From Breznakia blatticola (GTDB lineage Bacteria > Bacillota_I > Bacilli_A > Erysipelotrichales > Erysipelotrichaceae): a stretch of 32,000 nt of DNA. The stretch spans positions 60,001 to 92,000 of the forward strand of contig NZ_SODD01000002.1 in NCBI RefSeq assembly GCF_004365815.1, given 5' to 3'. Every line of letters begins with the position of its first letter. Position 1 is the first letter of the stretch. The position numbers were made by a program, and so were the translations under genes. Positions 26,228-32,000 of the stretch are shown here, piece after piece. A model generated the notes under the pieces. That model did no database searches. It was not told where the DNA came from and saw nothing but the letters and a program-made list of their open reading frames with translations.

Positions 26228-26524
26228 ATGACTGTAAAAGACTATATACAAGAACATCAAGAACGTTTGGATTTGTATACGAAAGCAATTGTTAACGCGC
26301 ATGGTCAACATCATCCAGAAGTGTATGAAGTGCGTGAACTGTATAAGGAAATTGAAATGCGTAGCTTACATCATCAAGATATACAGCAAACGGTTGCCAG
26401 ACTTAAAGCAGTAACAAGTGATTTCGCTGTTCCCAGTGATGTTTGTCAAACGTTTTTACAAACCTATGAAATGTTAGGTGAACTTGCTGAAATCGCTGCT
26501 AGTGAAAGGCAAAGTGCTTGCTAG
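26228..26524 (+). CDS. Small His-rich protein resembling the central part of RIC/ScdA-type hemerythrin-like domains
   Basis: KAIVNAHGQHHPEVYEVRELY resembles the RIC pattern kV.rVHG..hPel. FAVPSDVCQTFLQTYEMLGEL resembles f.vP.daC.t....y..L.e. The terminal H...E helices of full RIC proteins are absent. SD AAAGGAG. Confidence 0.4.
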   Translation: MTVKDYIQEHQERLDLYTKAIVNAHGQHHPEVYEVRELYKEIEMRSLHHQDIQQTVARLKAVTSDFAVPSDVCQTFLQTYEMLGELAEIAASERQSAC

Positions 26525-26561
26525 TTTTAACGCACTACTCTAAGATAATGAAAAGGAGGTA

Positions 26562-27236
26562 ATGATGATGAGTGAACATATTTGCGTATCGCTTGTTCCT
26601 TTGTTTAATCATTTAGATATGAAGGATCAAAAAGTTATCAATACGTTAGCTAGACATAAGGATGTTACCAAAGGTGAACGAATCTTTTCGCCTGGTGATG
26701 AAAAACTTGTCATTGTTGCCAGTGGAAACATGAAAGTTTATCAGCTGTCCGCGAATGGAAAAGAACAACTGTTACGTGTGGTTGAACCGGGCGGTTATGA
26801 AGGTGAAAACCAACTGTTTGGTGCAACAAATGACAGTGTCTTTGGAGAAGCTTTGGAAAATATGGAAATTTGTTTTATAAACAAAGAAGACTTTCGTAAA
26901 CTGTTGCTTGAGTATCCACAATTGACATTGAAATTGTTAGAAATCAACGCACAAAAATCGCTAGTCTTGGAACAACAGGCACGTTTTCTTTCCATGGAAA
27001 AAGTTGAAGAACGTTTGGCTACCTACTTACTGGATGTAACGAAAGTTGTGGGTACTACAAAATATACATTGCCTTTAAAAATGAAGGAACTTGCTACCTT
27101 TCTAGGGACAACTCCAGAAACCTTGTCACGTAAATTCAAACAACTTGAAAGTAAAATGTATCTACGTCGTCAACAAAAACTGGTGGAAATTTTAGATAGG
27201 GAAGGCCTAGAAAGTATCATCTCAAATATGCGTTAA
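26562..27236 (+). CDS. Crp/Fnr-family transcriptional regulator, FLP-like (two-cysteine type)
   Basis: cNMP-binding-like beta-roll, dimerisation helix, and a C-terminal HTH with TPETLSRKFK (the E--SR recognition motif of FNR-type proteins). Only two Cys residues (HICVS and MEICF). Three consecutive ATGs at 26562/26565/26568; SD AAGGAGG at 26553-26559 favours the second or third. Confidence 0.85.
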   Translation: MMMSEHICVSLVPLFNHLDMKDQKVINTLARHKDVTKGERIFSPGDEKLVIVASGNMKVYQLSANGKEQLLRVVEPGGYEGENQLFGATNDSVFGEALENMEICFINKEDFRKLLLEYPQLTLKLLEINAQKSLVLEQQARFLSMEKVEERLATYLLDVTKVVGTTKYTLPLKMKELATFLGTTPETLSRKFKQLESKMYLRRQQKLVEILDREGLESIISNMR

Positions 27237-27296
27237 TCAAAAAAATGGTTGTCAAAACACGAAGCGTGAAGCGGATATAGATGACCATATTTTTTA

Positions 27297-27329
27297 CACC
27301 TTAAGTTAGCGTTATCTAACCTAAGGGTG
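27297..27329 (+). promoter_or_regulatory. Strong imperfect hairpin in the long flavodoxin upstream region
   Basis: CACCTTAAGTTAG / CTAACCTAAGGGTG gives 12 bp with one mismatch and one bulge, loop CGTTAT. No U-run follows. The 3' arm covers the SD-like AAGGGTGA of a 46-codon ORF at 27336-27476. Confidence 0.4.
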
Positions 27330-27503
27330 AGAAGTATGCATCTTGCAATGGAAAGTAGTTGTAGGTTGGATCACGCTTGGCGTATGTCTATCAACATAAA
27401 GAAACTGGTTGCAATGTTCAGTACGTGCACAAGTGTTCATCTTCATGAGTTTCATGCTAGATGCCAACACTACTAGGAAATATAAGAAAGTAGAGGATAA
27501 TAA

Positions 27504-27923
27504 ATGAATAAAGTTCTAATTGTATACTGGTCAATGACAGGTAATACAGAAGCAATGGCAAATGCCTTAGCAGAAGGATGTACAGAAGCAGGTAATGAGG
27601 TCACATGTGTGAATGTTTCTGAAAGTCCAAGTTTGGATGGATATGACGCGTACCTATTTGGTTGTTCATCCATGGGGGACGATGCATTGGATGAAGCAGA
27701 ATTCAATCCATGGTTTACTTCAATTGAAGCAGATTTAAAAGACAAAAAGGTTGCTCTTTTTGGTTCTTATGGTTGGGGTGATGGTCAATGGATGCGTGAC
27801 TGGGTCATTCGTACCAAAGAAGCCGGTGCAAATCTATATCAAGAAGGTCTTATTGTTAATGAAAGTCCAAGTGATGATGATCTTGCAACTTGTAAAGCGT
27901 ACGCGAAAGCATTTATTGCATAA
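27504..27923 (+). CDS. Short-chain flavodoxin
   Basis: MNKVLIVYWSMTGNTEAMA (FMN phosphate loop), GCSSMGDD and LFGSYGWGDG motifs. 139 aa. SD AGAGGA. Confidence 0.9.
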   Translation: MNKVLIVYWSMTGNTEAMANALAEGCTEAGNEVTCVNVSESPSLDGYDAYLFGCSSMGDDALDEAEFNPWFTSIEADLKDKKVALFGSYGWGDGQWMRDWVIRTKEAGANLYQEGLIVNESPSDDDLATCKAYAKAFIA

Positions 27924-27949
27924 AAAAATTCCAACTTGGAATTTTTTTT
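27922..27949. terminator. Bidirectional terminator between flavodoxin and the TetR gene
   Basis: AAAAAAATTCC (27922-27932) / GGAATTTTTTT (27938-27948) with loop AACTT. Confidence 0.8.
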
Positions 27950-28580
27950 ATAAATATTCATCTTTGTAAAAACGTTTACGCAGCATAATGAAGTACGCTT
28001 CAAAGTTTTTAATGACCGCATCAATATCATCTTGTAGCAGTTTTTGATTTGTCTCGATGTAACCATATGATGCATAAGTGATTAGTTCAAGCAACAATGG
28101 AATATCGTTTGGATCTTTAAATTTATACGTGTCTGCACGTTCGATAAGAGAACTCCATGCTTCATCTACCATTTCGTTTTTATATTTGACAATGATGTCT
28201 TTTACAAAGGGATCGTTATCGTTGTAAACCCGTAAAAGAAAACTGTAGCTGTCTGGATGTTTTTTCATCACCTTTACTTTGGTGTGCATAGAATGCAATA
28301 TAAATTCAAAGATATCTGAAATCTCCAAATAGTTTGATTCTTGCAGCCCATCCATCACAATGCGGATGACATAAACAAAGGCAACTTCAAACATATTCTT
28401 TTTATTACCGAAATAATGAAACAACAATCCTTTTGAAATTCCTGCATCTTTTACCATTTGATTTGTACTTGCTTTTTGGTACCCGTGGTTGGCAAATTCT
28501 TTAATTATTGCGTTCATTAAAGGGATTTGCTTACTTTTTTCTATCTTGTCTAATGTTTCTTTCATATTCATAGTATACAT
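27948..28580 (-). CDS. TetR/AcrR-family transcriptional regulator
   Basis: N-terminal TetR HTH (IIKEFANHGYQKASTNQMVKDAGISKGLLFHYFGNKKNMF). The true start may be the ATG at 28565 (MKETLDK), because codons 2-3 of the longest ORF form the -10 TATACT of its own predicted promoter, which would make the mRNA leaderless. Confidence 0.85.
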   Translation of the reverse strand: MYTMNMKETLDKIEKSKQIPLMNAIIKEFANHGYQKASTNQMVKDAGISKGLLFHYFGNKKNMFEVAFVYVIRIVMDGLQESNYLEISDIFEFILHSMHTKVKVMKKHPDSYSFLLRVYNDNDPFVKDIIVKYKNEMVDEAWSSLIERADTYKFKDPNDIPLLLELITYASYGYIETNQKLLQDDIDAVIKNFEAYFIMLRKRFYKDEYL

Positions 28581-28612
28581 CAGTTGACCAATGTGGTCAA
28601 CTGATGTATAAT
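28572..28612. promoter_or_regulatory. 41-bp near-perfect palindrome containing two divergent promoters; candidate TetR operator
   Basis: AGTATACATCAGTTGACCA-atg-TGGTCAACTGATGTATAAT; the arms match 18/19 and the inner 10-bp arms are perfect. Plus strand: TTGACC (28584-28589)-17-TATAAT (28607-28612). Minus strand: TTGACC-17-TATACT. Confidence 0.75.
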
Positions 28613-28650
28613 GAAATCATTCTTAGCGATGACTAAGGGAGAGGTAAGTT

Positions 28651-29541
28651 ATGGATACAGTTATTAAAATTGATAAGCTTCAAAAGAAATTTGGAAAATT
28701 TGAAGCACTTAAAGATGTTAGTTTTGAAGTAAAAAAAGGAGAAGTTGTTGGTTTTATTGGACCAAATGGTGCTGGTAAAAGTACAACAATCCGCGTGCTA
28801 TTAGGGATTTTAAAACGCAGTGGAGGTTCAGTTGAAGTGTTTGGAAAAGATGCTTGGGATGATGAAATCGAAATCCACAAACGTTTGTCGTATGTGCCTG
28901 GAGATGTTGCCTTATGGGGAAACATGACAGGTGGAGAAATCATTGATTTATTTATCAAACTTCATGGTGGGGCAAAACGCAACAAACGTGATGAACTTAT
29001 TAAAAAGTTTGAATTGGATCCAAAGAAAAAGGCAAAGAACTATTCCAAAGGAAATCGCCAAAAAGTAGGTTTGATTGCAGCTTTGAGTGTAGATAGTGAT
29101 TTGTACATTCTGGATGAACCCACGAGTGGACTTGACCCGTTAATGGAGGCCGTCTTCCAAGAAGAAATTGAACAATTAAAAAACGAAGGAAAATCGATTT
29201 TGTTATCGAGTCATATTTTAAGTGAAGTAGAACGACTTGCAGACCGTGTGGTTATCATTCGTGAAGGTGTCGTTGTGGAACAAGGAACACTTGATGAAAT
29301 GCGTCATCTAACACGTTCCAATGTTATTTTACAAACAACAGGTGACTTGTCTGTTTTCAAAAACATGACAGGAGTTTACGATTTTCAACAAAAAGGCAAA
29401 GAATTGAGTTTCTCAATCGATCATGAACATATCAATGATTTGTTGAAAGTTGCAGCAACGATGCCGATGGACAAATTTGAAATAGTTCCACCAACCCTTG
29501 AAGCATTGTTTATCACGCATTATGAAAATGATGAAGCTTAG
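28651..29541 (+). CDS. ABC transporter ATP-binding protein
   Basis: GPNGAGKST, YSKGNRQK, YILDEPTSGLD and SSHIL motifs. SD GGGAGAGG. Confidence 0.85.
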   Translation: MDTVIKIDKLQKKFGKFEALKDVSFEVKKGEVVGFIGPNGAGKSTTIRVLLGILKRSGGSVEVFGKDAWDDEIEIHKRLSYVPGDVALWGNMTGGEIIDLFIKLHGGAKRNKRDELIKKFELDPKKKAKNYSKGNRQKVGLIAALSVDSDLYILDEPTSGLDPLMEAVFQEEIEQLKNEGKSILLSSHILSEVERLADRVVIIREGVVVEQGTLDEMRHLTRSNVILQTTGDLSVFKNMTGVYDFQQKGKELSFSIDHEHINDLLKVAATMPMDKFEIVPPTLEALFITHYENDEA

Positions 29542-29553
29542 GTGGTGAGTAAG

Positions 29554-31164
29554 ATGAATCGTAATTTTGCGCTATGGGAATATTTATTTATTCAGTATCT
29601 AAAGCGAGATTGGAAAAAGATTGTTTTTTGGATTGTTGGTTTAGGTTTGTTTTGCGGAGGTTTTATTCCTTTCTTTGAAGAAATTGCCAAAGGTGATGGA
29701 CTGTTAGGTATGTATGAAACCATGCAAAACCCAGCGATGATTTCCATTGTTGGACCAACACCGATTAGTGATCCACAAGCATATACGATTGGAGCGATGT
29801 ATTCCAATGAAATGTTATTGTTTTGTGGCTTGTTTGCCTTTATTATTTCGGCGATGCATGTGGTAGGTCACACACGTAGAGAAGAAGACTTGGGTCTTCA
29901 AGAATTGATTCGTTCGTTCCGTGTTGGTCGCGAAGCAAATGCACTTGCAGTCATGGTGGAAACGGTGTTGATTAACCTTGTGCTTGCTTTATTTGTTTGT
30001 GGTTTGATGGTGTCATTCAATTTAACCGGAATCGATGTTACAGGATCGCTATTGTTTGGTTTATCCATTGCGATGCTTGGAATTGTTGGTGCAGTTGTTG
30101 GCTTGTTGATGGCACAAGTTATGTCTACTTCAGCCGGAGCGATTGGTGGAAGTATTGCACTTTTAATCGTATTGTATATCGTTCGTGCGACAACGGATAT
30201 TTCCAATGTTTCACTTTCGATGATGAACCCGTTAGGATGGGGATATTTAACCTATCCGTTTGTCGAGAACAACTGGCTACCAATTGTATATGCACTCGTG
30301 TTCTCGATCGTTGGTATCTTTGTGGCGTTTGTATTAGAAAGTAAACGCGATATGCAAGATGGCTACATTCCTCAATTTGAAGGAAAAGCGCATGCAAGCA
30401 AACGCATGTTGAGTGTACCAGGAATGTTTTGGCGTATTACACGAGGCACAAATATTGCGTGGTTAATTGGTTTTGCAGTCATGGGTGCAGCTTATGGTTC
30501 TGTATATGCAGATATGCAGTCATTTTTAAACAGTAATGAAATGATGCAACAAATGTTTACAGTACAAGGCATCTCAATTGAAGTCTCTTTTACAGCAACG
30601 ATTATGTTTGTGGTACAAGGTCTTGCGATAATCTTGCCTATTGTAATGTTAAACAAACTATACAATGAAGAACGACGTGGACATTTATCACAAGTCTATT
30701 CGACAAAAGTAAGTCGTAATCAAATATACTGGTCAGTTATTGGTATTGCCATTTGCTTAAGTGTATTTGCCAATCTAGCAGGATCTTTTGGACTTGGTGG
30801 AATGGCTATAGCATCTATGAGTAAAAGCACCATGACGTTTATTGATTTTATTGGTGCAGGTTTCAATTATTTTGCGGTATTCCTATTCTTTATAGGGCTT
30901 GGTGGTTTGTGTATTGGATATGCACCAAAATTAGGAAAACTATTGTATTTGTATCTTGGATATTCGTTTATGGTAAGTTATTTTCTAAATCTACTAGACT
31001 TGCCAGAATGGGTAAATCAAACATCGGCTTTGAATTGGATGAATCGCGTACCAATGGAAAGTTTCAATGTAAGTGCATTTTTAATTGTCGGTGCTATTGG
31101 AATTGTTATGATGATACTTGGTGCTATTGGTTATCATAGACGAGATTTACATGAAGGTGTATAA
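29554..31164 (+). CDS. Large ABC-2-type exporter permease (about 12 TM)
   Basis: Two groups of about six TM segments. ATG at 29554 lies 5 nt after GGTGGTGA; the GTG at 29542 is an alternative start. Confidence 0.75.
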   Translation: MNRNFALWEYLFIQYLKRDWKKIVFWIVGLGLFCGGFIPFFEEIAKGDGLLGMYETMQNPAMISIVGPTPISDPQAYTIGAMYSNEMLLFCGLFAFIISAMHVVGHTRREEDLGLQELIRSFRVGREANALAVMVETVLINLVLALFVCGLMVSFNLTGIDVTGSLLFGLSIAMLGIVGAVVGLLMAQVMSTSAGAIGGSIALLIVLYIVRATTDISNVSLSMMNPLGWGYLTYPFVENNWLPIVYALVFSIVGIFVAFVLESKRDMQDGYIPQFEGKAHASKRMLSVPGMFWRITRGTNIAWLIGFAVMGAAYGSVYADMQSFLNSNEMMQQMFTVQGISIEVSFTATIMFVVQGLAIILPIVMLNKLYNEERRGHLSQVYSTKVSRNQIYWSVIGIAICLSVFANLAGSFGLGGMAIASMSKSTMTFIDFIGAGFNYFAVFLFFIGLGGLCIGYAPKLGKLLYLYLGYSFMVSYFLNLLDLPEWVNQTSALNWMNRVPMESFNVSAFLIVGAIGIVMMILGAIGYHRRDLHEGV

Positions 31165-31191
31165 AAAAAGGTTGTCAGTGCAACCTTTTTC
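31164..31191. terminator. Bidirectional terminator
   Basis: AAGGTTG (31168-31174) / CAACCTT (31181-31187) with loop TCAGTG, flanked by A7 and T5. Confidence 0.8.
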
Positions 31192-31196
31192 TTTGC

Positions 31197-32000
31197 TTAT
31201 TCGCTACGTAATGCTTCTACAGGGTCTTTTTTTGCTGCCATCTCAGCAGGGATACATCCACCAAGTAGCGTTAATATTAGGGAGATACATACAAGAATAA
31301 GTGCATGTATTGGATTGAGTTTTGCAACATTTGCTAGCCCAGAAACATTTTCAATTACGATATTAGCTGGAATCGTAAGTAACTGTGCAATTCCAATTCC
31401 CAATAAACCAGAACATAATCCAATGATAAAGGTTTCTGCATTGAAAACACGCGTGATGTCTTTTTTTCTGGCTCCAAGGGCACGAAGTATTCCAATCTCT
31501 TTTGTTCGTTCTAGTACCGAAATATAGGTAATAATTCCAATCATGATACAAGAGACAATCAAACTAATTGCAGAGAAGGCAATAAGTACAATTGTTATGG
31601 CACTCATGATTTCACCTGATAGTGAAGATAACATTGCCGCAAAATCCGTGTATAGTACCTGATCGTCGGTTGCTTTATCTACATTGTATGCATCAAGATA
31701 TGCAATAACATCATCTTTGCTTTCAAAGTCTTTTGGATAAATCATGATGGAGTTTGGAATTGCATCAGCTCCTAAGTAGGCAAGTGTTGCCTCTTTTGTA
31801 TTTTGACTAGTAGGGTCTTTATCAAATGGTTGACCTGTCAGTACATTTGTTTCACTTGCTTGTTGTGCACGAACAATTGCAGAACTTGAATTACTAGACA
31901 TAACTTCTTGAATAAGGCTTGGTGTATATAAAACACCGCTACCAGAAGTAATTAGTTCTTTATCTTTTTTACCACGCATAATTGCTTGTACTTTCAAGGT
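31197..32000 (-). CDS. FtsX/MacB-type ABC transporter permease, C-terminal part (the gene continues past the window end)
   Basis: FtsX-domain pattern (SVLERTKEIGILRALGARKKDITRVFNAETFIIGL) followed by two more TM segments. An extracytoplasmic domain lies upstream. The ORF is open to position 32000. Confidence 0.8.
   Translation of the reverse strand, partial: TLKVQAIMRGKKDKELITSGSGVLYTPSLIQEVMSSNSSSAIVRAQQASETNVLTGQPFDKDPTSQNTKEATLAYLGADAIPNSIMIYPKDFESKDDVIAYLDAYNVDKATDDQVLYTDFAAMLSSLSGEIMSAITIVLIAFSAISLIVSCIMIGIITYISVLERTKEIGILRALGARKKDITRVFNAETFIIGLCSGLLGIGIAQLLTIPANIVIENVSGLANVAKLNPIHALILVCISLILTLLGGCIPAEMAAKKDPVEALRSE

Noticed and set aside
27336-27467. 44-codon minus-strand ORF (MKLMKMNTCARTEHC...) in the flavodoxin upstream gap
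   Set aside because: It has no SD, no promoter-like hexamers and no terminator. It is probably the mirror image of the plus-strand open frame or simply reflects the lower AT content. It is mentioned only as context in the corresponding finding.
31118-31300. 60-aa plus-strand ORF crossing the 31164-31191 terminator into the FtsX-type gene
   Set aside because: It spans a bidirectional terminator and overlaps two supported genes. There is no SD.
1-32000. Search for mobile elements, CRISPR arrays, tRNA/rRNA genes, and known defence-system hallmarks (large NTPases, nucleases, reverse transcriptases, methyltransferases)
   Set aside because: I saw no transposase- or integrase-like ORFs, no terminal inverted repeats flanking a gene block, no regularly spaced direct repeats, no cloverleaf-compatible segments and no rRNA-like conserved stretches. 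Gene content looks like core chromosome. The slightly higher G+C impression of 24000-27500 was not quantified, so no island is claimed.

Overview
Low-GC (AT-rich) chromosomal segment from a Firmicutes-type bacterium. Genes are tightly packed, have GGAGG-type ribosome binding sites, and most operon ends carry clear rho-independent terminators. I saw no rRNA, tRNA, CRISPR array, transposase or prophage signature. I call 34 protein genes, and the content is dominated by transport and metal/redox homeostasis. In order: an XRE-cupin regulator with a potABCD-type polyamine ABC importer (PotA carries a large internal insertion; PotC and PotD are fused); an ABC-F ATPase with a leader region; a small orphan RHH-like ORF; a tail-anchored Q/Y-rich J-domain protein; glycerol dehydrogenase; an ABC exporter pair; a UMF1-type MFS transporter; a three-gene unit (unknown 161-aa protein, SMI1/KNR4 protein, YaaA); HdeD/DUF308; an AI-2E/YtvI-like permease; AsnA; rhodanese with a HesB-like protein; a PadR plus DUF1700/HAAS-like membrane module facing a small membrane protein; an ABC-2 exporter; a type II Ca-type P-type ATPase; a P1B heavy-metal ATPase, HMA chaperone, RIC/hemerythrin-like mini-protein and Crp/Fnr (FLP-like) regulator cluster; flavodoxin; a TetR-controlled ABC exporter; and the 3' part of a FtsX/MacB-type permease. 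The best-supported non-obvious signal is a self-contained FLP/FNR-type circuit. Two perfect TTGAT-N4-ATCAA boxes sit with identical geometry (22 nt upstream of -10-like hexamers, the class II position) in front of the metal ATPase and of the chaperone/RIC-like/regulator genes. The regulator has an E--SR recognition helix and exactly two cysteines. Other items worth a second look are a perfect 13-5-13 palindrome on a consensus promoter next to the PadR module, a 41-bp palindrome holding two back-to-back promoters at the TetR locus, a transmembrane helix built from a 4x 12-bp tandem repeat, and a possible nuclease-fold/SUKH pair translationally coupled to yaaA. All family assignments come from reading motifs by eye. 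No database search was run.
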